Assembly (NCBI GenBank): GCA_001938485.1
Contig: MQRK01255149.1
Coordinates: 1-64,000, forward strand
Reading direction: 5' to 3'
Length of the DNA stretch: 64,000 nucleotides
Source of the DNA: Girardia tigrina
Taxonomy: Eukaryota
Shown one piece after another: positions 40,385 through 55,180 of the stretch. The notes below the pieces were generated by a model. The model saw only the letters and a program-made list of their open reading frames with translations. It ran no database searches and was not told the DNA's origin. Position 1 is the first letter of the stretch. Each line of letters opens with the position of its first letter. The position numbers and the translations under genes were made by a program.

Positions 40385-41892
40385 AGACGATGCGTTTTGA
40401 CAAAACAATCTCATCATCAGGTCAATCCACATCATGTACTCAGCTAGCACATTTCACGGAAATATACGATAATTAAAAAGCATTTTACTCATAAATTATT
40501 AGAATAAAATAAATGTATTCCATTTTTCCTAAAAATTAAGCTGCCTATGATTGGTTTACTAGAATGGAATTGATCTCGTTTAGCGTATGTTTGCTTGAAG
40601 AGGGTAAACATCATGTAAAACATCTCGGTAGTATTGTGGAATAATATTATGTGAAATAGATTCAATTTGTCTAATCTTCAACAAGCTCTTTTTTGTTTTT
40701 TCTTTTTTTGGAGGTACTTAATAAAAGAACTGATGTAAAAATTTAAGCATGTGTATTTATTTAAAAACGTGTAATTATGAAAGTGTTAATTAAAAATAAA
40801 TATTTTCAAAGATCAACACACTACAGATTAAAAGTGGGCCTAAGAACACAAAAAAGGTTTTTGATACATGAAAATATTTTTGGTTCTAGTTAAATCACGA
40901 AAATAAAGTAAAAGAAATAACTCAGTAAAGTATACAGAAACAAAAAAAGGAGTTATTGAATAATCTGTTAAGGTCTTTTAGGGTTAGGTGCAATAAAATC
41001 AACTGTAGTGTAAACGTACGTCTGAATACATATGACTTTTTGCTAACAAATTTCAAAAAATATCTACGATCTTAATTTATTAAACTTCAGAGTCAGTATG
41101 AACTACAATCGTCAGAAAGATACACGTAATGTTTTGAAAATACATGGGATTAAAACCTTTTTCTGAACGCAAATGGTAGGCAAAGTTTCAATGATGTTGT
41201 TCATTGCGTCAATGATTCTCCTACAATAGTTGCAGGAGGAATTGGGGAAAGATACATTTTACGAAAAGAAAATTACATTCTGCTTGCTGAGAAGATCTGT
41301 GTATTTATTTTTAAATTATTCAGTAATTACATATTGTATTTCACATTAGAAAAAAAAACAAATTAATTAAAATTATCATTAGTCTACTTTTATCTCTATT
41401 TTAATAGTCATTAAATATTTGAATAAAACAGCTTAAGGGAATTATTTACTACTGTTTCCCATAGGAATTCTTAAAAGTTTTTTGATGAAATGAGACTGTT
41501 TTACCATTTACATTTCATATGCCTTAGAGCCGTTATGTACTGAAAGAAAACAGAAACTGAGAATGAAAAACAAAATATGTATTAATGACATTAATTAAGA
41601 GAAGCTTTGGGTCAGAGCAAAAGGTTTTAATTTATTCATTAGTGAAGAAATATTATTTATATAATATTTTTAAATTATTTTTATTTTGAAGCAGTTCAAA
41701 ATTTGTAATTAGTCTGACTTTCAAACACAATTTGTAATGTTTGATCTATAACTCTTTATTTATAATTTTAAATATTTTTTTTAATTATAATATTTTAAAA
41801 TATTTAAATTGATAATTTACCTATCAAAGTTCCACAGCATGTTAGAGACCGATCACAACGCTTTTTAGCAGAATTTGAATTTTTCCATTCAA

Positions 41893-44690
41893 TCCTCGTT
41901 ATGTATCGAAGTGGGCAGTGAAAATCAATTTATCGATCACAAAAATTAGTTAACTAAATATTAATCAATTTTTGTGTAGAAAATGTTAAATTAAAACATT
42001 TTATTTAAATCTGATGGGTAGTTGGATAATGTAATTGAACTACTTTACTTTGGTAAAAAAATAAAGCGATAGTTATTTATTAAAAATTTACATTTTAATT
42101 ACATCATCGTGTCACTATAGAATGCTTATAGATCTTCACTTTGTATTTTATAAAAGATCACTCTTCTACATATGATGAGGAACATAAAATGTTTATATTT
42201 ATTTATTTTAATTTTATATACTTATACAAGATTATTAAGTCGATCCCTGGTATATACCTGTAATTTTTATTCTTTGGTACTTTTTTCCGGAACTTGTAAA
42301 AAACAGTAATCCATAAAAATGTTTCTTTTACGTCCAACAAGTGATGTAACTTCTAAAAAAAATTACATTGAGGAGAAAAAATTGAACAATAATACAAAAA
42401 ATCGATAAAAAATAATTTTGGCATCTTGTTAAATTCATAATCTTTTTAGTGAAACAATGAAAGAAAAATTTCAATATTATGTAATGTTAGAATTTTGGTG
42501 AGCTCGTAAATTTTTGAATTTTAAAAACGTAACGCTTAAAATATTTTAAAGCTATTTCATTGAATATTTTATAATTGTAAAGATTTAAAAATACTTCACT
42601 GAACTACATATTAAAAATTAATGTTGCTTAAATCATTTTTAAATAAAATTTTAGTGTTGTGTTCTCTTTTATTTGATCACAAACCTAACATGTAATAAAA
42701 ACAACTGGAGCGGAAAATTTATTATTTGACCAAAGATTTTGCCAGTTTAGGAAATTCATAAATAAAATATATAATTATTATAAATAATTAAATTAAATAA
42801 TTAAAAGTAACATAAAATAAATAATTAAAATAATAAAAAAGAAATTAAAAATTAAATATAGTAAAAAATTACAAAATAATTAAATAAAGTAATAAAAAAG
42901 TTATAATTGCTTTGTTCCATTATTGCTTAATAATATTGGTGATTAGAAATCACTATATATTTAAAACGAACCAATCGATAACGCCATGAGATCAGTGTGT
43001 ATGTGTCAATGTATGGGGAATGAAATGTAACAAAAAAAATGAAATAATGATTAATGTGCATGTTTGTGTTGTGTGTGTTTGATGATGATTGAATGTGTGT
43101 GTTAGCGTGTGTTGTGCGTGTAAATGTGAGAGAAAAAAATGCTTTGTTCATTTTTTGAATGAACCAATTGGGTTGTGTTTGTGTTGGGCTTTGTGAGGAA
43201 AAAATTTAGCTCAATTGCGGTTTTGTAAAAAAAATGTCACAATTGGTGTAAAAAAGATTATTAAAAAAAATTGTGAATAAAATAAAACGTTTTGAGTTCA
43301 ATTCAAAAAAGAGTTTAATTTCATTGCGATAAATCCAATGTTATATGAAAAAAATACTTTCACCAAAATTAACGAATTGGTTCTCATTTTATAGCATTTT
43401 AAATTCATTTTCAATCTTACAAAAATTTCAACTTTTTACAAAAAATTTGAACTTTTTGCAAAAATAAAAATTATTGTTTTAACAACCTTATAAAACTTTG
43501 TACAGAATAAAGTTTTTAAAAATAAGTTTCAACTAACAAAAAAGTCCTGAATTTAAAAATTTTCTTTATAAAATTTAATTTATATGAAAAGTAATAAAAA
43601 AATCAAACAATCAGAGTAAAAAATCAAAAACAAAGAAGTATTTTTCTAGACAGGATTTATTACACAAATCGATGCTTCTTTTTAGAAAAGGCAATATTTT
43701 GCAACATTTTGGCAAAATAACTATTTAAATATTCTGAAGTAATCGTTTCAATATCATCTTCAATAAGTCTTTGAAGATTTGCACCTATACTTTTGATGTT
43801 GTAGTTTGCTTCTTGCTTCTGCTTCTTTTATACACGCTTGATTCAACGTAGGTTGAGCTTTTGATTCTGTATGTCTTAAACGTACGTAGGTTGAGCTTTT
43901 GATTCGTAGGTTGAATCTTAACTTTAATTTAAAACTTTTTCTTGACCTTTTAAACTTTATTTCTTTCTTCCTTCTTATAAATAATAATATTTTCTTTTTA
44001 AATATAAATAATAATATAATATTGCTTATTTTCTTTTAAATATAAATAATAATATTACGCTTGGTAGTAAATAATAATTCTTATTATTTACTAAAAATAA
44101 CAAAATATAACAAATATAAAAAATATATTGTTAGCAAAAAATAATAACCAAATTTAGCAAAAATAATAAACAAATTATTGGCAAAAATAATAAACAAATT
44201 AACAATTTATTTACATTCTCAACATTTTAATTTAAAAACTCAAAATCATTTTGATACTTTTTACAAATCACTCAACAATAATTTCAACACTTTTTCAATT
44301 AAAAAAAGAAACTCAAAAAAAGATTTTGATACTTTTTTCTTCAAATCTTGACACTTTCAAAACAAATGATAATCTTCTTCACTGCGAGTAGCGAAATCTT
44401 CGCTGAAAATCATATTAGAAATTTGATTATACATTTATTCTATGAGGATGGTTTAAATCGTGGAACATTATACCATCATCAATTATAGTAAATTGATAGG
44501 TCTCAATAAGAAGAACAAATTTTCATATTTGGAAGATCTGATCAAACTAAAATTTGTCCGATGACCGATATACCTTGTCTGTATACAACATATATACTTT
44601 TTCTATTCAAAAATTGATTAATATTTAGTTAACTAATTTTTGTGATCGATAAATTGATTTTCACTGTCCACTTCGATACATTACAAGGAT
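41893..44690. repeat. Pair of ~80 bp inverted repeats 2.8 kb apart
   Basis: atgtatcgaagtgggcagtgaaaatcaatttatcgatcacaaaaattagttaactaaatattaatcaatttttg (~41900-41973) recurs as its reverse complement at ~44608-44682. Confidence 0.8.
42707..43300 (+). repeat. Third copy of the GGAGCGGAAAATT terminal repeat
   Basis: ggagcggaaaatttattatttgacc...cagtttaggaaattc, plus internal ctttgttcattttttgaatgaaccaat shared with the 16329 and 32837 copies; no partner end found. Confidence 0.7.
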
Positions 44691-46109
44691 CAACATTACA
44701 TGGCATTGAGAAAAGGTACATGACCAAAGTATCCCTGCAGGAAGCTGTTTTCAACATATGCAAGGACGCACTTAAGAACCCCCCTTACCCAACACATCAC
44801 AATACCTCATTGATGACACACAACAATACACAAACACACACAAACACAGCCACTAAAAACACAATAACTGCATACATATGGTCTTCCATATGTTTGAAGG
44901 TCCAAACTTTTGGAAGTGGTAGATAACCTGGAAGGAACACGCATCGTTAACGATGCATCGACTCATCGTTAAACGATACATCGTCCCTTCCTAGTTTTAA
45001 TGTATTTTATCTGGAGAGATTTAATCGATATTTACATCTCTAATAATTTCATCTTCGGTTAGAACAAAATGTCAGTTTTTCGAGACAAAGTGTTACCGAA
45101 AAATAAATAGATTTGGTATTTTAACCTGAGATTTATTAATTTAATTATATCCCTTTGATGCGTTAAAAAACGGCCTTTAACCAAAATTAAAAATAATTAT
45201 TTAACCTGGATTTACCTGTTGTACTGGGGTTTTTCGCAAGTCTAAATTGATCATATAAAACATTCAGTAAAAGTATAACTAAACCATGAACATTCTCTAT
45301 AATAGATTCAAACCGACTTTTGTTTTTAAAGTCAACATCTGAAGACTTGAAAAGACTGTGCCCATTGTGGTACACGATGCGTACCTGAGTAAATAAAAAA
45401 AGGAATGAACATCTTTATTACTATTTGTGTCCTAGATGTGACCGTAAAAGAATAATATAGATCAAGTAAAGATTATGTTTAAATTATATTAAAATATTTT
45501 TAATAATATTTTTTTGATATTTTTTCAATGATGAAAGTTTATTTTATTCTTTGAAATAATCAAAGATCAAAACACGACGAAGACCACGACATTTGTCGCG
45601 GGATTTATGAAACAATTTTTCTAATTTAATAATATAGAAATCTTTTTTCAACCATTAAGAACTAATGACTCCCCAGACTCCGACTCCTTAGACCTGGAAG
45701 ATTTATTCAATCTTTTCTAAAATAATAATTTTTAAATTATTATAAATTATTTTTATTAATTTTCAACAGGTAATGTCGATTATTAAAATATATTTCAAGT
45801 TATCACTGCTCTAAACGTCTCTAAACATTTTCTTTCTCAAATATTTTCGGATATCATTATTTATTTTTGCTGTTAACATGAAATATTGTTATTTAAGTGA
45901 TTAAAGAGACATTCCCAAAGACATAGAGTAACGAGGAAGACAACGGAAATAATGTTTAGGCTCCCAAAAAAACGAAACAAAACTGTTATCTTTAGTCGTT
46001 ATTTAGACTTGAAAAATATTTATTTTAATGATTTTAATCGGTTATTGCTTTCAATACGAATCATTTAATGAAGCTACTGACTGTTTTGTTATTAAAAATA
46101 TATTAACAC

Positions 46110-46590
46110 AAATTCCTATATTCAAATCATGTTTGTTGGCAAACACCTGGCCCGCAGATGCTTCTTAAGATGGTTAAACAGAAAAAATATGGGCAGAAAC
46201 CAAATGGAGGCTGTATGGTGGATGGAGGAGCCAATTGAGCCATTTACGCTTAATTGTGGCCATGGAAACACTGCTGGTGTGGATGGGAACATTAACGTAT
46301 AAAACATAGATATGACAAATTCTGCTCTTGCATCGTGACTTCCTTGCTTGCTGCGCGATGTTGGAGTAGAATAACTATAATCTTCGAGCTGGATTCAGCA
46401 AAGTCAGTCAAAATAATGTCATTGGATTGCCAAAACACCGTCAGCATGAGAGCCTTTCGGTAACAAGTTGAGGACCGCATTTTTCGTGAGCTGCTTTCTC
46501 CTGGTGAACGATTATCCGAGAGTTGTAAAGACTCTAAATGTGATAATAATAATTTTTCAAATGCAAATTGTCTCAATCTTCTAAACACGC
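46110..46590 (-). mobile_element. Degenerate mariner catalytic fragment
   Basis: KALMLTVFWQSNDIILTDF and WFLPIFFLFNHLKKHLRARC remnants. Confidence 0.6.
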
Positions 46591-46821
46591 ATCATGAGTC
46601 TCGAGGACTGTTATTTTAAAACAAAAAAAATATTATGTAATTAGGTAATATTATAAGTGATTCGTGGTAAATTTAGATAATTAAGAAAAGAAGTGTCAAG
46701 TTGCATTATTTTAAACGAAGGATGAGTTAACATTCATCTTTGTACATGGTCTCTTTGTGGTTGAATATTTTATGTTAATTATTAATATGTGAGCCTTTTT
46801 CTGAATAAAAAAGGAAAATTA

Positions 46822-47520
46822 CACTGGGTAACAAATTTTTATAAAAGTCATGTTTCATAAAAGTTAGTGTTTCTTAATGTAATTTTGCTCGCTGATTCAG
46901 AAAATAACATCAGTTTCTCCTTACCTTCAACGGTTCAAAATATAAACTAAATTTTATATATAATTAAAATATATGAGAAATCAGCTTTAACTACTTTATA
47001 CAAAATTAGCGAAATATCAACATGACTGAGAGTTACAATATCTCCTTTGTGTGTACAATAAATGAAATGATTCAAGTAATCCTAAGTTCTTCAAAAATCA
47101 TCAATAAATCGTTTTTTTCTCTTATGAGTTGTGTCATATGTGCGCACCAAACTCCATATATAGTCACTCATCATGGCTTCGTCCCAACGTCCTTGATATC
47201 GCTTCTCCATCACCGTAATGTCCTGGTAGAAACTCACACCATGGTCTTCGCTAGCATCTCCGAGATTTGGTCTAAAGAATTCCAGGTGAGAGTGCAGATA
47301 ACGTAGCTTTGTTGACATTCTACAACCCAAATCTTGGTAGCTGTTGAATAATTCTTCAATCAGTTTCTTATAATTATCCGCTCTGTTGTTACCAAGAAAA
47401 TTAGAAACTACATGCTTGAAAGTAGTCCAAGCTCTCTTTTCTTTTTCTTTCATTTTACTCTCTAGACTTTCTGATTCGAACATCTGTCTCACTTGCGGTC
47501 CAACAAAACACACCTGCTGG
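46822..47520 (-). mobile_element. Chapaev3-type (CMC superfamily) transposon 3' end
   Basis: ORF 47091-47513 FVGPQVRQ...AWTTFKHVVSNFLGNNRADNY...LGCRMSTKLRYLHSHLEFF..NLGDASEDHG..FYQDITVMEKRYQGRWD..MMSDYIWSL; terminus tta-CACTGGGTAACAAA at 46822. Confidence 0.8.
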
Positions 47521-49447
47521 AAATTTAGTTAATAAAAAAGCATAACCAGTAGAGTCTCTTGGTACTTGATTAAATGATTTGAGAATGTATTAATTGTTTT
47601 ATGGTGAAAAGGATGTGTTTTGTATGAAAAGAAGAAGTCCAGAAGACGGAAAAATGTTTTGCTGGATTCGGTATTCTTAAAATAGCGACCATCTCAATCT
47701 TCTGAGTCTAATATTAAACAAAAAAAGTTTAAGCGAATTAATTTATTCAAATATCTTTTTTACTTTCACCTGAGAAAGAATATCGAAAATCGTGAATAAA
47801 GGAATCACTGATTCGATTCAATGAACAATTGTTCATAATAAACTGCGGCATAAAAGAATAATGTGGAGTTAATATAAGGCGGTAGAATTATTCGTTCTGC
47901 TTCGTTGCATCTCAGAATCTTTCTTATTCAAATGAACTCATATAAGTAGTTGGCTTTTACATACATTATTATAATAATTATACATTATATATGTCGGTCA
48001 GTAATATCCGGATGTTTTTATTTAAATTCATTTCCGTAAACTGGTATTGTTGGCAATTCAGTAAATTCCGATTTAAAGCATATATAAAATAATTAATAAT
48101 TTACTTTTGGTTATTAAAAGTATATTATTATGAAATGTTACATTGTTTAATAATTAAAATTAATAACTTAAAAATAATAAATAATTAAAAAATATAATTG
48201 TATCATTATATTGATAATAATTATTATTTATATAATTAATTTAGTTTAAAATTTTATTAACTTATAATACAATGATTATTTATTACAATAAGTAGAGTAA
48301 AATATAAAATTAGATTAACCTTTCCAGTTAACCTCAAAAAGTGTAATTTTATTTACAACTATTTCCTGTTTTATTTTAAACATTTACTTATCAAAATCTG
48401 TAATTTGAATAAATATTTTTCTTACTTGATAAATAATAAAATGTGTAAGAAAAAAGAATATGTGATATTTTTAAAGAATATTATCGGTCAACGGAAAGCA
48501 TGTAGATAGGAAAAACTCATTGCCGTCACGGTACATGTTCTGCGTGATTCCGTGATGAAGAGAAAAGATGTTTCATCTCTTAAATTACATGCCCGAAACC
48601 CTCTAAATGCACACCTCGAGCTGTGAAAGAAGCTTGGAGTCTGATAATCATACAACAGCTGCAAATATTGCTAGAGATGCTTAGATGTCTGAGCCAATGA
48701 ATCATTAGTATATGAAAAGACTTGAATACAATGAGAGAGCTACCCAAAGAAAGTCCCTTCTGACACCTACGAATATATACAATTATGAACGTAAATATTC
48801 AGTTATGTTGTTGAAATCTGTTATTTAACATGGACTCCTCAATAACAAAATCAAAACACAAGTAAAACATAACCAGGGGATTTGAAGGTTTTAGAAACAA
48901 AACATTTATTTGTATTAATTTGAACCAGCAACAACAATGAAAATAATTAATAAGAGAAGATGTCACCACTTTAAAATACTTTATGATCAAAAGGATTCAT
49001 GTTATGAATGGATGGTTAGAATTTTTATCGCTGTTCTGTTGCAGGATATTGTTCGCGAATCAGAGGGCTCGGTGATGTAAATTGACAGTTTCTTTCTTTT
49101 TCTTGTCTGTCTGATTCCGTTTCTGGCGATAGTAGACCAGGTTACTGTTTCGATTAAGCGTTGGAGTAAAAAAATCAACATTTTGAGACATTTGTTAATT
49201 ATTTTTTTCAGATGAGTTTCGAATGAACTTGATAATTTTAATTATTCAGTGATGATTTATTTGTAATTGTTCTGATTTTGATGTTTTTTTAATTTAAGTG
49301 GATTATTAATTTGTATCTTAATTTTGTTTGATGTTATGTAAATTAAAAAGAAAAGAAAAAGATTATTAATTAAAAATAGAAAAAGATTTTCATTAAAAAT
49401 AATTAGTTCTACCCTGATATAAGGGAAATTAAGTTGTTGTGGAATTA

Positions 49448-50561
49448 TTAGGGGTACCCAAATGTTATGTCGTTTTTTATTGATTTTTATAAACAAAAAT
49501 AAAACCATATAAAACATTTATTTAATCAGAAAAATAGTCCCCATCGCAATCGATGACCTTTTNNNNNNNNNNNNNNNNNNNNNNNNNNNNNNNNNNNNNN
49601 NNNNNNNNNNNNNNNNNNNNNNNNNNNNNNNNNNNNNNNNNNNNNNNNNNNNNNNNNNNNNNNNNNNNNNNNNNNNNNNNNNNNNNNNNNNNNNNNNNNN
49701 NNNNNNNNNNNNNNNNNNNNNNNNNNNNNNNNNNNNNNNNNNNNNNNNNNNNNNNNNNNNNNNNNNNNNNNNNNNNNNNNNNNNNNNNNNNNNNNNNNNN
49801 NNNNNNNNNNNNNNNNNNNNNNNNNNNNNNNNNNNNNNNNNNNNNNNNNNNNNNNNNNNNNNNNNNNNNNNNNNNNNNNNNNNNNNNNNNNNNNNNNNNN
49901 NNNNNNNNNNNNNNNNNNNNNNNNNNNNNNNNNNNNNNNNNNNNNNNNNNNNNNNNNNNNNNNNNNNNNNNNNNNNNNNNNNNNNNNNNNNNNNNNNNNN
50001 NNNNNNNNNNNNNNNNNNNNNNNNNNNNNNNNNNNNNNNNNNNNNNNNNNNNNNNNNNNNNNNNNNNNNNNNNNNNNNNNNNNNNNNNNNNNNNNNNNNN
50101 NNNNNNNNNNNNNNNNNNNNNNNNNNNNNNNNNNNNNNNNNNNNNNNNNNNNNNNNNNNNNNNNNNNNNNNNNNNNNNNNNNNNNNNNNNNNNNNNNNNN
50201 NNNNNNNNNNNNNNNNNNNNNNNNNNNNNNNNNNNNNNNNNNNNNNNNNNNNNNNNNNNNNNNNNNNNNNNNNNNNNNNNNNNNNNNNNNNNNNNNNNNN
50301 NNNNNNNNNNNNNNNNNNNNNNNNNNNNNNNNNNNNNNNNNNNNNNNNNNNNNNNNNNNNNNNNNNNNNNNNNNNNNNNNNNNNNNNNNNNNNNNNNNNN
50401 NNNNNNNNNNNNNNNNNNNNNNNNNNNNNNNNNNNNNNNNNNNNNNNNNNACTAACTGAAATTAATAAATAAAAATGGTAGAGTCAAAATAATGTAGGCG
50501 GCAGTTAAACGATTTAGAAAAATATATCAAAAAAAACGACATAACATTTGGGTACCCCTAA
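49448..50561. mobile_element. mariner-type element spanning an assembly gap
   Basis: Perfect ~30-bp TIRs TTAGGGGTACCCAAATGTTATGTCGTTTTTT with TA on both sides; interior mostly N. Confidence 0.85.
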
Positions 50562-52480
50562 TAAATTGTCATTAAACAAAATAATAAACAAGTTATATTT
50601 GTGTCAGGATCCCGACTCGAAAAGCCCTTTTAGTCCACAAGAGTAACAATCTTCTTGGAAAAAACTATTGAAAGGAATAAAAAATAGGGGGAAAGTATCA
50701 ATTAAAAAAAATCAAATTGGAATTTTCCTACGTTAATTGTTGGTGTGGTGTATCGAGTATGAAGTTTGAAAAAAATTGTAATTTTATAAAAATTCAAATG
50801 ATAAGAGTTACTTATTAAAATCCGTCTAGTTCTATATTAATTTCCCTAAAGAATTAAAAGTAATTACTTTCGATTGATATGTTCAATAGAAGGATAAATC
50901 AATTTTTCAGCGATAATAATTGGTTTGATTTCTTTTAGAAAATTCTTCTTCAACGATTACGAAGCATCTTCTAATAAGTTAACGACTTCTCAGGGGGCCA
51001 CTGGAAACGACTATTATAATTTACTGAACAGATTTGCTTGAATAAGTGGCTCTATTTTTTATCAATATTTATTGATGATAAAATAAATAATCATAGATCA
51101 ATTTATTTTATCTTTTGTAAAGAATAAAAAAAAGAAAATTAATTGTTATCATTTTTTTTCATTTTCGAGATGGAGTTATATTAATAGAAAATATAATGTT
51201 TTTTTTGTATTTATTTTTATTTTCTTTGATTAAATTCGATTTTGGATGTTGAATTTTTTTTGTGAATATTATTATTATTTGTACTAATTAATATTAAATA
51301 TCGTTCAGAAAAAAAGGATTTAAATTTTGATTTTTTTCCGTTTCAATTAAATCGTGTTTGATATTTGCTAAATTAATCTTTTTTTAACTTCACTGTAAAA
51401 ATTAATAATGTATATTTTGTGTTTTTAAAATGATTTTTGTAAAAAATTTATTTTATATTTTTATTTTATTGACGGTGTTTGTTTGAATATGTGAATTGAG
51501 GCGCGCAATTTAATCCGATTATTTTTTCTTAATTGGATAATTTTTGTTCTATTTTTTGAAGTATTTAGAATAAGTTGAAATTGTTTATCGATAATTAACT
51601 AATAAATATTTTAAGACGATTTAGAAATAGTGTTACACATGAGTAAATTTGTATTAATATACATTTAAGAATTGACATTAACACTAAGGATAAATAATTT
51701 TATTTATATCTATATCTGTTTTATTTTTATTATACTAATATAATGGTACCCCGACATAAGTGCCCTGACAAAATCGTTCACTTTTTGAAATTTTTGTTTA
51801 AATTCTTTACAGAACAAATTCTTAAATGAATTATTTTTGAGAGTCGAAAAAACTTTTTAACAAGAAAAATATTTTAATAAGAAACATTATAAAATTAGAT
51901 AAAACGACATTTTGTGAAAACTTAAAAAATGTGGTGCAAAATACAATATAAAAAATACAAAATTGAAGCTACAGCACGATACAAAAAATGGATAATTAAT
52001 AAATTTTCCGTCCACTTTAATATACGTTCTTGAATATTGTGACTATTTTCCATCAGTTGAAATTATAATCAAAATGATATAATAAATTATTTAAAACTAT
52101 TGCCATATAATCTGGAAATATAATATAATGTGTTATATTTGTATTTTTTTCTTTTCATTTTATTACTATTATTTTTAACATTTTGTTATTGTTACAATTT
52201 TACAAGTTGTTGGGCACTTTTAAAATTCAAAGATTCCTATAATATTTTGGATTTAAACAATATAATAATAGTAGAAATAATAATACTTTCTGTTAAGAAT
52301 TTAAACAAAAATTTCAAAAAGTTGGCGCTTTTGTTGGGTCCACTAATATAATACTTTCATTATTATATTAATGGATCCAAAATAAATTGAATTATGTCTC
52401 TTGATGTTTTTGTTTGAGTAAAACAAAATATATTGAATTTCAATTTATACCATTTCGAAACCATTAGTATAATTGTTTAA

Positions 52481-52725
52481 CCCTTCGTAACATGGTGTGA
52501 CACTTCTGTAACAAACCGTTGTAACTCTTACAGAATCTCTAACTATTAACATATCACATTTTAAATCACTGTTGCATATCTGTTACACACCGATCTATAC
52601 AACATCGGGGATTTATTAGTACTTACAGGTGGCGTTGGTGGTAGGATGATGAATTATAAGATGTTTTTTTTTTAATTTTAAGATGATGTTTTTTTAAGAT
52701 ATATATATTAAGATATTACGAAGGG
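52481..52725. mobile_element. piggyBac-type MITE
   Basis: TTAA-CCCTTCGTAA ... TTACGAAGGG-TTAA. Confidence 0.8.
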
Positions 52726-53589
52726 TTAAATATTTAAAGAATATATTTTTTTTTCATTTTAACTTAAATGTAAATATTTTTTGCTTCCTAATTTTATTCA
52801 ACTGCTACTGCTTACATACATATCTTAAATTCATGTCTTACGTTAAACTATAAAGACAAAGAATATTTATATTATAACACCACAAAATGAAAACTTATAA
52901 ACATTTCAATATATATTTTAACTGACATATCGTTCTCCTTATTATGTTGAGGGAACATTTCAAAATTTATAATTTATTATGTATTGTTTAAATTAATAAA
53001 TAAATATTGATAAACAATTTCATTTTTTCATAGATGGAATATTTATGATAATAAATATAAAATTATATTTTTTATATAAATAAATAAAATATGTAAGAGA
53101 ATTTGAATAAATAGAAGGAGAAAAGAAAGATAAATAATTATAAGAAAAGAGTAAATAATAAATTAAAATTAATAATAAAATTAATTAATTAATAAAAGAC
53201 CCAGTATAAAAAAGGTTATTATTAATTAACAAGTACAGAGTTGTTGATTTTAAAAAGTCAAGAAGTTATTTAAGGAGAATTTATTTAGTTGAAGAAAAGA
53301 AAGACGAGAAAGACTAGACGTCGTATCTAATTATTTGTTATATTTAAGCGAGCAAGAATCAAGAGTGCTCACACTTTCAATTTACACTGAAATAGTGTAC
53401 AATTTGTGAAACAATAACACTGAAATAGTGCAAACATTATTTAAAGTAATTCTTAAAAGATTATTTCAATTTTAAAGTTTATAAATTTATATTTATGTTT
53501 ATATATATACATATATAAACACTATGTAAAGTGTGGCCCAAACTTTAAAGAAATTTTAACTCGAGTTGTCGCTAAAGGCTCTGGGTGTT

Positions 53590-54240
53590 CCAATATAAAA
53601 TCGACCATGGGCCAAATAATGTGTGGTTTTGAATTGTCATGGAGCAATATGAAAGTCGACTTGTTTACCAAAAACGGTTGTTTTTCTTTGAGTTTCCGCA
53701 TCATATCTTCCAATTGGTTGCAGGAAGCATATACTGTGATCGACGAACCAGATTTAATGAAGTCATAATGGATTACACATGTGTCAGACCACCAAACACT
53801 CACCATCAGGTTCTTTTGATGAATGTGGTGTTTTGGACTGTGTCTTGGTGCTTCATTCGTGTCCACCGAGCTTGCTGAAAATTTGCGATTATCATATTGG
53901 ATCCCCTTTTCATCACAAGTGACGATTCGATTCAAAAGGTGATTACATTTAAAACAAGAAAACATCATCGTGCAAACATCCAAACGCTTATGTTCCTGCT
54001 TTTCACAGAACTCATGTCGAATCCACTTATCCAACTTTTTCACTTTACCAATTTTACCCAAGTGATTCAATATTATTTGTTTTGTAACAAGGAACGTTAG
54101 CGACAAATCATAAGGACTTGGTGATGGATCCAACTCCACGGTTACCTTCAGTTCGTCATTGACTGTCTGCGTTCTTGGACGACCCCGAGACTCATTATTG
54201 AGGTTGAAATTATCTTACACGAATCAATTTGAGACTTCCT
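53590..54240 (-). mobile_element. mariner transposase remnant
   Basis: ORF 53522-54139: KLDKWIRHE, RIVTCDEK, MVSVWW, LLHDNSKPH; truncated before YSPDL. Confidence 0.9.
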
Positions 54241-54559
54241 GATGTGTAGTACCATTGTATCACAATACACTTGTAGTGACCACAATTTATTAATTTAATT
54301 AATTATTAATTTAATTTTAACAATCAAAACTTAATAACAAAAAATGTGTAAAAAATGCGAAATTTAATTTGTAAAAACAAAGGCGTGAATAGACAACATT
54401 AGAACAGAAAAAAATGTCGGAAATTAATTTAAAAAAGCATTAATTAAATTAATGTTGTTTTAATAATAGTAATAATTTTTAAATAATGTTGAAATAATTT
54501 TTTTTTGTGCTGAATGCATTTTCAATTTCTCATCGCTAAAATTTTCGATAAAAAAACTG

Positions 54560-55180
54560 ATTTTTATTTCTCGACCGACGTAAATTATCCCCTGAACGAT
54601 TATTCCATCGAATCTGTTCGGCTACCACGAGAACTATATCCAAAAACCGGACATCAATCAATTCTACAATCAAGCCCATTATTCAGCGCCTGGAATCAAC
54701 GTCTTCGACTCGAAAATGTATTCGTTTCCTGAGTCCGATCCGATTTTCCAATCGTCTAATATCGGCAACAATCACATCAACTCGATCAGTTTACTCAACC
54801 CGTCGCTCTCGACCGACTTCAATCTGTCTCATTTGGATCAATCAGCGGCCAACAAAAACGGTAACAACATCACCAATCAGATCAACGGCACCAAGGGCAA
54901 GGATTTCGATTTCTCCGTGCTATCAAATCGTCTCAGCTCGATCGCCCTCAAATCGAATCGACGTCGTTCTGGAGTTTTAGGGCAAGATGGCGGCCTCCAC
55001 AGTATTCCAACGCCAACCGAAACCGGTAGGTTATTATTATTTTTGAACAGTTTCTCGCGAAAAAAAACTCCAGGGTTACTGGTCGGTGATTGGACCCGTT
55101 GAGTCCACAGCGATACGGCGCAGCATCCCCACAACAACACTATTGATGTTGTACAATGTTTCTGATGATGACGTTCCAAA
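54560..55180 (+). pseudogene. Orphan exon-like segment (Asn/Ser-rich protein fragment), frameshifted, cut by a hAT insertion
   Basis: Overlapping ORFs 54514-54732 and 54716-55102 with coding-like composition; donor-like cgGTAGGT at ~55026; no family recognised. Confidence 0.4.

Noticed and set aside
29440-43920. Short local tandem duplications (29440-29585, 29640-29678, 43845-43915)
   Set aside because: Ordinary slippage-type duplications with no sign of function.
48480-49160. piggyBac transposase remnant
   Set aside because: Only a vague EAWSL resemblance; no termini or catalytic motifs recognised.
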